In this document: positions 30,401 to 42,050 of the stretch, in pieces
Layout of the letters: each line of letters starts with the position of its first letter
Numbering within the stretch: the first letter of the stretch is position 1
Notes under the pieces: model-generated
Seen by the model: the letters and a program-made list of their open reading frames with translations, nothing else
Database searches by the model: none
What the model was told of the DNA's origin: nothing
Assembly: GCA_028826165.1 (NCBI GenBank)
Contig: JAPDFW010000002.1
Coordinates: 1-64,000 of the forward strand
DNA: 64,000 nucleotides
Origin: Anaeramoeba ignava BMAN
Taxonomy: Eukaryota > Protista > Anaeramoebae
Direction: 5' to 3'
Position numbers and translations under genes: made by a program

Positions 30401-30840
30401 ACAAAAAACGGCATGTGGGTAACGATATTGTCCACATTGTGTGGTCTGAAGATCTAGAAGACTACAACCCTCTGACAATCACTTCACAATTTAATTTTGC
30501 GCATATCATCATCTATCCTCTCCCCAACGGAATGTTCCGGACACAGATTTTCTCAAAGCCTGGAGTCTCTTTTTTCGGCCCCATTGTCGATGGCATGATT
30601 ATTAACAAATCCACTCTTGGTTTCCTTGTTCGTTCAACTGCTATTCTTGCAAACCGTTATGTCAGGAATAAACAGCAAGGTTATAAAAAACCGTTCCCTA
30701 CTCGCCAGCAACTTGTCACTGAAACAATCACAAGATACCAAATTAAACCTTCCTTCCCTGATTACTACGGTTCAAAACTTATAGGCAAATCTTCCGCTCA
30801 ACAAACAATTTCAGATAAACCTCAAACAAAACAAGTTTAA
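21476..30840 (+). CDS. RALGAPA: Ral GTPase-activating protein alpha-like (Rap/Ran-GAP domain, Asn-thumb type), multi-exon; last exon 28837-30840
   Basis: The N-terminal exons (KRLKSL..FFIDNYSDIYQLI..LFHLLEQLL..IRKKWQNRSM..DNSFSVRTNGFRMLLLF) resemble the RalGAP-alpha N-terminus. The C-terminus has RVVIRDITGKYVWD, RETQKIGVVY, EVVFHVIT, KKRHVGNDIVHIVWSE and FFGPIVDGMII. Confidence 0.8.
22000..23974 (+). repeat. RalGAP intron 3 filled with about 10-11-bp AAAATTTAAAC/AAAATTAAATT repeats
   Basis: 1975-bp GT..AG intron, the longest in the window. Confidence 0.88.
25313..25921 (+). repeat. RalGAP intron with ACAAATAATTTTAATTTA/ATTCTAAAAC repeats
   Basis: Tandem degenerate units between the GT at about 25313 and the AG at about 25921. 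Confidence 0.75.
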
Positions 30841-31058
30841 TTTTTTTCACCTTTTTTTTTTTCTTTCAAAATTTTTTCTTTTTCTTTTTTTTTTGACACT
30901 TTTTTTTTGACACTTTTTTTTTCGAAATTTGTTTTTGTTTTCTTTTCTTTTTTACTCAACAGAAAACAAAATTAACCAATTAAATTTTACTTTTTCAAAA
31001 AACAAAAAACAAAAAACAAAATTAAATTTTTTTTTATTTTTTTTCATTTTTTTTCTCA

Positions 31059-32175
31059 ATGATTTCAATTTCTAATTTAAATAAAAATATTAATAAATCA
31101 GATTTATCTCAAATTTTTTCAAAGTTTGGAAATATAATTTCAATTGAAATTTTTCTTGTAAATTTTAAATTTTTAATTTTTAATTTTTAAATTTTAAAAA
31201 AACAAATCAATAAAAAAAAAAGAATAAAGAAAAAGATAATTTGAAATCAAAAATAAAATTCTCAGAAACATTTGAAGCAAAAAAAGCTGTAGAAAAAATG
31301 AATGGAAAACATTTAATGAAAAAGTAAAAAGAAATTTTAATTTAAAATTTTAATTTGAAATTTTAATTTAAAAAAAAAAAGTATTTTGAAAGTAAAATTA
31401 ATTGAAGAAAAAGAAAAAGAAAAAGAAAAAGAAAAAGAAAAAGAAATTTCTAATTCTCAATTTAAAGAAATTTCTAATCAAATTGAAAAAATTTCTTTCA
31501 AAAATAAAAACGAATCAAATTTATCAGAAAATTCATTAAAAAATTTAATTGAAATCCGAAATTTACCAAATCAAATTACAACAGAAGAAGTTAAAACTTT
31601 ATTTAATGTTTTTGGAGATATAATTTCTTGTCTCTGGAATGTAAAAATGATCATTATCAAAAAAAAAAGAAAAAATTTGGATTTAGAAAAATATTTATTT
31701 ATCAAAAAAAAAATTTGGATAGGAAATGAATAATGAAAAAATTGCAGTTATTGTTTTTAAATCTCCAATCTCAGCGATTCACGCAAAAGAACAAATGAAT
31801 GGTTTAAGTATTGATGGTAAAAACTTATCAATTCAATTAGGAATAAAAAAAAATGAAGAACAAAATCAGAAAAAATTATCAGAAAAAATAATTGATTCAC
31901 GATGTTTAGTTTTAAGGAATATGTGTGAACCATCTGAAATTGAAAATTTAGAAGAAGAAGTTAGAGAAGAATGCAATAATTTTGGAGAAATTGAAAGATG
32001 TCATATTTATATTGCTGAAGAAGCTGTTCTTGTTAAAGTTTTTGTTCTTTTTAAACAAGTTTCTTCTGCAAAACTTGCACAAAGAGGTATAAATGGTAGA
32101 TTTTTTGCTGGAAGAGTTGTTGTTGCTGATTTTTATGAAGAAATTAAATTTTTCAATCAAGATTATTCTGGATAA
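31059..32175 (+). CDS. PUF60: PUF60-like splicing factor (RRM-RRM-UHM); exons 31059-31157, 31223-31323, 31382-31640, 31723-32175
   Basis: The C-terminal UHM (CLVLRNMCEPSEIENLEEEVREECNNFGEI..VKVFVLF..INGRFFAGRVVVADFYEEIKFFNQDYSG*) matches the PUF60 C-terminus pattern. Two upstream RRM-like folds are present. Confidence 0.75.
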
Positions 32176-32342
32176 AAATTCAAACAAAATTAAATTTTAA
32201 TTTTTATCCGATTTTAATTTTAATTTTAAATTTTAATTTAAATTCGAAAATAAATTTTAATTTTAATTTTTATCCAATTTTAATTTTAATTATGATTTTA
32301 ATTTTTAATTTTAATTTTAATTTTAATTTTAATTTTAATTTT

Positions 32343-32410
32343 AAATTCGAAAATAAATTTTAAATTCGAAAATAAATTTTAAATTCGAAAATAAATTTTA
32401 AATTCGAAAA
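32343..32410. repeat. 19-bp tandem repeat (AAATTCGAAAATAAATTTT), about 4 copies, just upstream of the methyltransferase ATG
   Basis: TCGA cores at 32347, 32366, 32385 and 32404. Confidence 0.85.
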
Positions 32411-32441
32411 TTAATTTTTCATTTTTCAATCAAAAAAAAAC

Positions 32442-33164
32442 ATGTCAGAAGAATGGGTTAAATTATATTCCAAAATGCTTGAAAATGAAGAATTTCAACA
32501 TCTTCATCAAAAATCAGGATGGTTTGATATTTCAGAAGTAGAAGATTGGGAAGAATATGTTTTAGATGTAATCAAAGACAAAATGAAGGATAATTCAAGA
32601 GTATTTGAAGTAGGATGTGGATGTCTTGCATTTCTAACTGTGATCAAAAAAAACTATAAAAATATCACAGTTGGAGGAATAGATGGAATGAAGGAAAATG
32701 AAATATTCATCAAATCAAACCCATTAATTAGTGAAAATGAATATCAAAATTTTCATAACGGAATAGTTCCAAATTCACTTGAAAAATTAATTGAAGATCA
32801 TAAAGATTATATTAATAATTGGGATATTATCCTCAGCAATAGTATGTTCCAATACCTTTCTTCCCATGAAGATGCTGAAAGAACAATTCGTTTAATGCTT
32901 AAAATGTCTTCGGATAATGGTGTTATTATCCTTTCTGATATTATGGATTCCGATTTCGAAGATGAAACTGAACCTATTTTGCAAAATTATTGGGGTCAAA
33001 ATTATAAGAAATCTCTTCAAAAATATTTATATTTTCCTCAAGATTGGTGGAAGAGATTTACTTTGGATTCAAATATTGATTTAGAGATTAAAAGAGTTCA
33101 AACCGAAAAATATCATCGAAAAAGACAACGTTATTGTGTTTATTTGATGAAGAAATCGAATTAA
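32442..33164 (+). CDS. Class I SAM-dependent methyltransferase, intronless
   Basis: Motif I VFEVGCGC, then VGGID, WDIILSNSMFQYL and GVIILSDI. Confidence 0.85.
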   Translation: MSEEWVKLYSKMLENEEFQHLHQKSGWFDISEVEDWEEYVLDVIKDKMKDNSRVFEVGCGCLAFLTVIKKNYKNITVGGIDGMKENEIFIKSNPLISENEYQNFHNGIVPNSLEKLIEDHKDYINNWDIILSNSMFQYLSSHEDAERTIRLMLKMSSDNGVIILSDIMDSDFEDETEPILQNYWGQNYKKSLQKYLYFPQDWWKRFTLDSNIDLEIKRVQTEKYHRKRQRYCVYLMKKSN

Positions 33165-33588
33165 AAATCAAAATCAAAATCAATTTAAAAATCAAAATCA
33201 AAATTAAATATCAATTTAAATATCAATTTAAAAATCAATTTAAAAATCAATTTAAATATCAATTTAAAAATCAATTTAAATATCAAAATCAATATCAAAA
33301 TCAAATAAATTTTCCATTTTAAATTTATTATTTTTATTTTCAATTATTATTTTATAAAACAAAAGAAAAGAAAAAAGAAAAAATAAAATTCAAATCATTT
33401 TTCTTTAAAAAATCCAAAATTAAATTTAAAAATTAAAAAATTAAAAGCAAAATTAAAAGCAAAATTAAATCCAAAATTAAAAAGGATAAATTAAGTGTGA
33501 AAAATTTGTCAATCAACTAAACAAAAAGAAATAAAAAAGCAAAGAAACAAAGAAAGAAAGAAAGAAATAAAGAGCAAATTAAATTCAA

Positions 33589-35337
33589 TTACAAATGTTG
33601 ATAAAAAAGAATATAAGCTGATGAAGAAGGATTTTCAATAGTATCAATAATTTTAACAGAACTATCATTAAATAAATACCATTTATCTTCATTTTGATCT
33701 CTACAAACAGAAGTATAATGACCACCTTTAAATGAACCATAATGATTAATAATTCCTGTCAGTTTAAATTGACATGATTGTTTTGGTTCTTTTTGACTTG
33801 AATTACAAATTTTTGAAAGATTTAATTTGTCAACTGGAAAAGAAATTGGTGATTTAATTTTTTGAATTTCGATAAAGAATTGTTGAGAATTTTGGTTTTT
33901 CTTTTGAATTTGTTCTTGATTTTCAAAATTATTGTTATTGTTATTGTTATTTTCAAAATTATTATTGTTATTATTATTTTCAAAATTATTGTTATTGTTG
34001 TTATTATTTTCAAAATTATTATTATTATTATTGTTATTTCCAAAATTATTGTTATTATTATTTTCAAAATTATTATTATTATTGTTATTATTATTATTAT
34101 TATTTTCAAAATTATTATTATTATTATAAAAATTGTGATTAATAATATTGTTAATGAAATCAAATTGTTTTAATTTTTCATTCATTTTCAATTTTTCATT
34201 CATTTCATCTTTCTTTTGATAAATTTTGGCTGAAAACCTCTTTAAATGAACTATTAATATTTTTGGAAGATAAATAAAAGATGTTCTCTTTTTTGTTTTA
34301 CAATTCTTATTACAATGTGAACAAAACAATTTATTATCATCAGTAAGAATTTCTTCTTCAGTAAATTTATCAAAAATTTGCTCCACATTTAAATTGATAT
34401 TTTCTGAAGATTGATCAAGAAAATGATTTGAATGATTTCGAGCATTTGATTGAATTTGTGGATCATCAATATTCAAGGAAAGTGAGATTGAAAAAAAGGG
34501 TTCAAGTTTTTCTTTAGAATTATTGCATTCACAACAAGTTATAACAGTTTTTACAGTTCCTGCAAAAATATTTTCAATTGGAGTGCGTTCTCTGACTTGC
34601 GTTTGATCCGAAATATTCGATTTCGACTTCATTTCTTTAAGCATCTCTTCTTGTAAACCATCCAAAAAAAACGTTAAAAATTCATGTGCATCTTGTTGAT
34701 TGTTTAAACCGAATTGTGGATACAATTTGGAAACTTCATTTCGTAATTTGGCAATTGAAACGCTTTCGAAATTTTTCAATGAATTGTATTTTCTTATAAA
34801 TTTTTTGAATTTGTTAGAAATTGGTTGAAATGATGATAATTTGGAAATTAATGGAGTTCGAATGATATTTTGAATAACACTTGAAATATAGCAAGTATTT
34901 CCTAAATTTTGTATTCCAACTTTTTGATTTCCATTTCCATTTTTATTTTTATTATTTCCATTTCCGTTATTTTTATTATTTTGATTTCCGTTATTTTTAT
35001 TATTTTGATTTGAAAAAATTATTTCTTTTGTTTTTTCGTTTTTTTTCTCTTTTTGTTTTGGTGGTGATTTAAATGCAATTGCTCCATTTTTAAGCTTGTT
35101 AGTTTGAATCAAATCATCTAATGAATCCCAATTCTTCTTCCAAATATCTTCTGTTCCTTTTTGAAAAGCAAGAGACTTAATAAAAAGTGTTTTATCTACT
35201 TTATTTTGAGTTGTTATTGGAATTTTTGTTTCAGTTAAACAGTTTCTTCTTGAATCCGTTAATGAATGATACACAACAGAAACTGGTGTGTTTGGTGTTG
35301 TTGGATCAAATAATAATTTTGTAATTCTCGAAAGCAT
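33589..35337 (-). CDS. Ubiquitin-specific protease (peptidase C19), intronless, with a poly-Asn insert
   Basis: Cys box GIQNLGNTCYISSVIQ, QQDAHEF, Zn-finger CCEC/CSHC, LPKILIVHLKRF, His box HYGSFKGGHYTS..WYLFNDS..AYILFY. Confidence 0.93.
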   Translation of the reverse strand: MLSRITKLLFDPTTPNTPVSVVYHSLTDSRRNCLTETKIPITTQNKVDKTLFIKSLAFQKGTEDIWKKNWDSLDDLIQTNKLKNGAIAFKSPPKQKEKKNEKTKEIIFSNQNNKNNGNQNNKNNGNGNNKNKNGNGNQKVGIQNLGNTCYISSVIQNIIRTPLISKLSSFQPISNKFKKFIRKYNSLKNFESVSIAKLRNEVSKLYPQFGLNNQQDAHEFLTFFLDGLQEEMLKEMKSKSNISDQTQVRERTPIENIFAGTVKTVITCCECNNSKEKLEPFFSISLSLNIDDPQIQSNARNHSNHFLDQSSENINLNVEQIFDKFTEEEILTDDNKLFCSHCNKNCKTKKRTSFIYLPKILIVHLKRFSAKIYQKKDEMNEKLKMNEKLKQFDFINNIINHNFYNNNNNFENNNNNNNNNNNNFENNNNNNFGNNNNNNNNFENNNNNNNNFENNNNNNNFENNNNNNNNFENQEQIQKKNQNSQQFFIEIQKIKSPISFPVDKLNLSKICNSSQKEPKQSCQFKLTGIINHYGSFKGGHYTSVCRDQNEDKWYLFNDSSVKIIDTIENPSSSAYILFYQHL

Positions 35338-35479
35338 TTCAAGATAAAAATGATTTTTTAAAAAATGAAAAAAAAATTTAAATTATTAAAAAAAAAAGGA
35401 AAAAAAAAAAGAAAATTTTTTCTTATTACGTTTACTTTTCAAAAAAATAAAAATAAATCAACTTTTAATTATTTGTTCA

Positions 35480-37682
35480 CATTATTTTTTTAATAAAATA
35501 TAAAATAAAGAAGATTTTAAATTTAAATTAAAATAATCCTTATTAAATTATTAAATAAAAAAATAGAATAAAAAATTAAATCAAAAAATATTAAATATTT
35601 TAATTATATTTAATTAATATTTAATAATTATTTTTTAATAAAATATAAAATAAAGAAGATTTTTAAATTTAAATTAAAATATTCCTTATTAAATTATTAA
35701 ATAAAAAAATGGAATAAAAATTAAATTAAAAAATATTAAATATTTTAATTATATTTAATTAATATTTAATAAATATTTTTTAATAAAATATAAAATAAAA
35801 AATATTTTAAATTTAAATTAAAATAATTCTTATTAAATTATTAAATAAAAATGGAATAAAAAATGAAAAATAAAAATATTTAATATTTTAATTATATTTA
35901 ATTAATATTTAATAATTATTTTTAATAAAATATGAAATAAAGAAGATTTTAAATTTAAATTAAAATCATCCCTTATTAAATTATTAAATAAAAAAATGGA
36001 ATAAAAAATTAAATCAAAAATATTAAATATTTTGATAATATTTAATTAATATTTAATAATTATTTTTAATAAAATATAAAATAAAGAAGATTTTAAATTT
36101 AAATCAAAATATTCCTTATTAAATTATTAAATAAAAAAATGAAATAAAAATTAAATCAAAAATATTAAATATTTTAATAATATTTAATTAATATTTAATA
36201 ATTATTTTTAATAAAATATAAAATAAAGAAGATTTTAAATTTAAATCAAAATAATCCTTATTAAATTATTAAATAAAAAAATGAAATAAAAATTAAATTA
36301 AAAAATATTAAATATTTTAATTATATTTAATTAATATTTAGTAATTATTTTTTAATAAAATATAAAATAAATAAGATTTTAAATTTAAATTAAAATATTT
36401 CTTATTAAATTATTAAATAAAAAAATGAAATAAAAATTAAATAAAAAAATATTAAATATTTTAATTATATTTAATTAATATTTAATAAATATTTTTTAAT
36501 AAAATATGAAATAAAGAAGATTTTGAATTTAAATCAAAATAATTCTTATTAAATTATTAAATAAAAAAAATAGAATAAAAATTAAATCAAAAAAATATTA
36601 AATATTTTAATTATATTTAATTAATATTTAGTAATTATTTTTTAATAAAATATGAAATAAAGAAGATTTTAAATTTAAATCAAAATAATTCTTATTAAAT
36701 TATTAAATAAAAAAATGGAATAAAAATTAAATTAAAAAATATTAAATATTTTAATTATATTTAATTAATATTTAATAATTATTTTTAATAAAATATGAAA
36801 TAAAGAAGATTTTGAATTTAAATTAAAATATTTCTTATTAAATTATTAAATAAAAAAATGGAATAAAAATGAAATAAAAAAATATTAAATATTTTAATTA
36901 TATTTAATTAATATTTAGTAATTATTTTTAATAAAATATAAAATAAATAAGATTTTAAATTTAAATCAAAATATTTCTTATTAAATTATTAAATAAAAAA
37001 ATGAAATAAAAATTAAATAAAAAAATATTAAATATTTTAATAATATTTAATTAATATTTAATAATTATTTTTTTAATAAAATATGAAATAAAGAATGTTT
37101 TAAATTTAAATCAAAAATAATCCTTATTAAATTATTAAATAAAAAAATGAAATAAAAAATGAAATAAAAAAATATTAAATATTTTAATTATATTTAATTA
37201 ATATTTAATAATTATTTTTTAATAAAATATAAAATAAATAAGATTTTTAAATTTAAATTAAAATATTCCCTTATTAAATTATTAAATAAAAAAATGGAAT
37301 AAAAAATTAAATTAAAAATATTAAATATTTTAATAATATTTAATTAATATTTAATAATTATTTTTTAATAAAATATAAAATAAATAAGATTTTAAATTTA
37401 AATTAAAATATTCCTTATTAAATTATTAAATAAAAAAATGGAATAAAAAATTAAATTAAAAAATATTAAATATTTTAATTATATTTAATTAATATTTAGT
37501 AATTATTTTTTAATAAAATATAAAATAAAAAATATTTTGAATTTAAATCAAAATAATTCTTATTAAATTATTAAATAAAAAAATGGAATAAAAAATTAAA
37601 TCAAAAATATTAAATATTTTAATTATATTTAATTAATATTTAATAATATTTTTTAATAAAATATGAAATAAAGAAGATTTTG
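35480..37682. repeat. About 144-bp tandem satellite, about 15 copies plus a partial copy, extremely AT-rich
   Basis: An AAATAAAGAAGATTTT-like anchor recurs at about 35510, 35655, 35800, 35942, 36086, 36228 ... 37673. Confidence 0.92.
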
Positions 37683-37749
37683 AAAATTATTTTTTTTTTT
37701 TCATTTTTTTTATTTTTCTTTCTTTCTTTCTTTCTTTTCTTTTTAATAA

Positions 37750-40700
37750 ATGAGTCGTTCAAGAAGAAGACCACTTGTTAGTTTTTTATTAATAATAAAA
37801 GCAAAAATTAAATTTCAAAAATAAAAATTTAATTTCAAAAATAAAAATTTAAAAGAATAAAAGAGAATTAGAAAAACAAAAAAGCGGTCCAACAATTTCG
37901 AGAGATAAATATCGATCACGAAAAAAAGTTGAATCAAGTGAAAGCAGTGATTATGAATCAACACAATCGGATCAAGAAGAAAATGAATTAAAATTTGAAA
38001 ATCTAAAATTAAATAATGATCAAAAAAATCAAATGTTAAAAAAAGTCTTAATTGAAACTGAAAAAGAATTTGAAGAATCAAATAAGAAAGTAAAAAATAT
38101 CGAGAAGGAAGTGAAAATTGATTTAAGCAGCCACACATTATCGGATGAGGAATATCTTAATTTCCTTAGTTATACGCAAGTTGTCAATGAAATGGTTTAT
38201 GAATTCCAAGAATTTCAAAAAAATTTGATTCAACTCTTTACGTTATTTGACAATTTATATTTCGAAGGAAATCGAGATTTAAAGCGTTTTAGCGAACAAT
38301 TATCGCGAGCAGATACAAAGCATTCAAGAGTGATTATTATTGAATATTGAATATTATTCGAAATTTCAAAGAAAAAACAAACAATTAAAATTTTGATGAT
38401 AATTTTATTAATAATTTTTTTCTATTTATTCACAATAGAGATCTAAAAAGGCAAATATTTTTCTTTTGAAAGCTGTTTTGGAAGTTTTGAAATCATCCAA
38501 ATGGCAAGATCGAACAATTTCAACAATTACAGATTTGATAATGAATCTTGATTTTGAAAATACAAATAATTTTAATCCTGTTATTCAACAAGTTATTGAT
38601 ACTTTAAGTACTGAAGGTGTTAAAATTTATTTAAATGATAATATTTTCATTCATCTAAATGGATTATTTGATCACATTTCATTTTCAACTTTATTCAAAA
38701 AGGAATTAACTGAAAAATTAATTCAAACTTTATCAACTCAAGAAAAATTCCAAATTCCAAAAGAAGGTTTTTTTTTTTTTTTTTTGAGAAATTTTAATAT
38801 TTATTTGTGGAATTGAAACTTAAATTTTATTTTTGAAAAAAAAAAGGAACAAGAAAATTTTCAATTCTTAAAACTTTAGTTATGCAGAATTTTGATTCAT
38901 TTTTAATGGGAATTGTTAATTTTGATAAAGTTATAAAAGCATTAAGAGGAATTTTAATTAAGTTTGAAATACCGAATGCTGGAGAAGTATTAAATCAAAA
39001 TTCATTTGAAAATTCATTTATAAAATCAAAATTCATTTTAAAATTCATTTATAAAATTAAAATATAAAATTCATTTATAAAATTTAAATTAATTAAATAA
39101 TTCATTTATAAAATTCATTTATAAAATTCATTTATAAAATTAAAATTAAAAATATCCAAAACAGTTAACTTTAGAAATGGTTACTTCAGCAAAGAAAAAA
39201 GCATTGGGAAAAACAATAACACATTTAATCAAAAGAATTATTATTCGAGATAACTTACCATCAATTAAAAAACATATGAACATTCTTATTCAACAAAAAG
39301 ATGTCAAAATGGAAGTTGATTCACAAAGTAAAACATTAACAAACGAACAAATCAATTATTTAGTAGCACAAAAATCAAATGAAATTCTTGGAGATCATTT
39401 ATATGCAAAAGATATAGCATTTGTAATTGCAACAATATCAGCAGCAATTGATATTGATTCAATGACTGCTTTTCCACTTTTATTCTTTAATTTTTTGGAA
39501 CCACTTTCATTACTTATTCCCTTTATGAAAGCTGCAATTTCATCCAAAGTTATTATTCGATTTTCTGATGATGTTCTTTTTAGATCAAATGAAATCATTG
39601 AAACTTTGATTTCTAAATATATGAAAGTTTATGGTGATCATTATTTATCCCAAATTATTGACCCTTTTATTCAAGATGTTTGTAGAGCTCAAAAATCTTT
39701 TGAAGTGAATCCAGTTCTTGTAACAGAAGGTCAAAATGTTCAAGAAAATATGAATAATTTAAAGAATTATTTTCATAGATTTATTGATTCTCTTATTGAT
39801 TCTATCCCTAAATTTCCTAATCGTCTTCAGATTTTATTCCAACATCTTAAACAAGAGATGATTCATAAAACAGATTGTTTAACTTTAATTGGAAGTTTTG
39901 TTTTTCTTCGATTTCTTTGTCCTGCTATTTTATCTCCCACAATTACTGGAGAAGATAAAAGTGAATTAAAATTCATTTATAAAATTAAAATTCATTTATA
40001 AAATTAAAATTTATTTATAAAATTAAAATTCATTTATAAAATTAAAATTCATTTATAAAATTAAAATTTATTTATAAAATTAAAATTTATTTATAAAATT
40101 AAAATTCATTTATAAAATTAAAATTAAAATTTAAATTCATTTATAAAATTAAAATTAAATTAAAATTCATTTAAAAAATTAAAATTAAAATTAAAATTAA
40201 AATCAAAATTAAAATTAAAATTTATTTATAAAATTAAAATTTATTTATAAAATTAAAATTCATTTATAAAATTAAAATTCATTTATAAAATTAAAATTCA
40301 TTTATAAAATTAAAATTAAAATCAAAATTAAAAATTTAGCTCAACCATCTCCATCAGATAAGATTGCATTTAAATATATTTCTATTGTTGTTCAAACATT
40401 ATCAAGTGGATTAACATTTACATCGAAACAAGCATATTTACAAGAAATAAATGAAGACATTACAAATCGACTTGATGATAGAAGTAGATTTATTGAATAT
40501 ATATCAGTAATTCAAATTTATAATTATAATTAAAATTAAAATTAAAATAAAAATTAAAATTAAAATTAAAATCGGATAAAAATTTAAAATCAAAATCGGA
40601 TTAAAATTAAAATTAAAATTAAAATTAAAATTAAAATTAAAATTCATTTATAAAATTAAAATTAAAATTAATTTATAAAATTAAAATTCATTTATAAAAT

Positions 40701-41852
40701 TAAAATTAAATTAAAATTCATTTATAAAATTAAAATTCATTTATAAAATTAAAATTAAAATTCATTTATAAAATTAAAATCAAAATTAAAATTAAAATTA
40801 AAATTAAATTCAAAATCGGATAAAAAATTAAAATCAAAATTAAAATCAAAATTAAAATTAAAATCGGAATTAAAATTAAAATTGAATAGAATATCCCAGA
40901 AGAAATTGATGAACAAGAAATAAAATCAGATTACCAAATACTCAATTCACACTTCCCATTCAATTTAATACGAAAAAAAAACAAATACAAACAAGAAGAA
41001 TTTTTGATTCAAATGGAACTTGCATTTATTCCTTACAAATTTGGAGGAGAAACATTTCTACCGCATCTGGAGAAGGCAGGAATTGACAAAGCAACAGAAA
41101 TGCTTCAGAAATTCTTAAAATATAATGGATACCTTGCAGATCATTTTAATCGAGTAGCTGCAATTTGTGGAGATATTTCAAGAACACAAACAAAACTTGA
41201 TTTCACTAACAATGAAAATAATGAAAATAATGAAAATAATGAAAATAATCAAAATAATCAAAATAATCAAAATAATGAAATTAATGAAGAAAACTCGAAT
41301 ACTCAAAAGAAAACAAGGTTCAAAAGATACAACACTTTGGAGGAAAAAAGCCAAGAAAAGATGGAAAAAATGGAACAAAAAAATTTAAAAAGAAATCAAT
41401 CAGAAGTTGCAAATAAGAAAACTCGTTCTTTGTCTCAACGTTTACTTGGAAGTAAGAAAACCGTTTTGAAATCAAATCCTCAAGTCGAGAAGGAAATGCT
41501 CCAAATGTGGGAAACTAGTTCACGTGTTGCAATTTCTAAACAAGGAGTAATGGTTCATCGAAATACTCAAGGTCTTGAATGGAAAAAACGTTTTGTTTGC
41601 TTGAAACTTAATATTATAGGCATTTTCAATAAGAAAAAAGACGAAAAACCGATTCGAGTCATACAGATTAATTCATCTTCTTTGATTTCGGTTATTCCTT
41701 ATTCTGAGTTTAAGAAAAAAAATCTTTTTCAAATTACAAGAAAAAATGAAGAAATAAATGCTGATTATTTTTCATGTTCTTCTTCTGATTTATGTAATGA
41801 ATGGGTGAATAATTTGAAGGAAATTCGAACCAGTTTAACACGTGATTTTTAA
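37750..41852 (+). CDS. RasGAP-domain protein with C-terminal PH domain, multi-exon
   Basis: LFRSN (Arg finger), YLSQIIDPFI..SFEVNP and IGSFVFLRFLCPAILSP. The PH domain reads KQGVMVHR..WKKRFVCL..YFSCSSSDLCNEWVNNL. The start MSRSRRRPLV at 37750 splices in frame (first exon less certain). Confidence 0.85.
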
Positions 41853-42050
41853 AGCAAATTAAAATCAAGAACTAAATTAAAAAATAATTAAAAAATAATT
41901 AAAAAATAAAAACCAAAAATAAAAATAAATTGGGAATTATTTAGTTGATTTTTCTTGAAGTAAAAAAAATAAGGAAACAAAAAATAATTGATAATTGATA
42001 ATTGATAATTGAAAATTGAAAATTAAAAAATTAAAAAATTAAAAGAGAAA

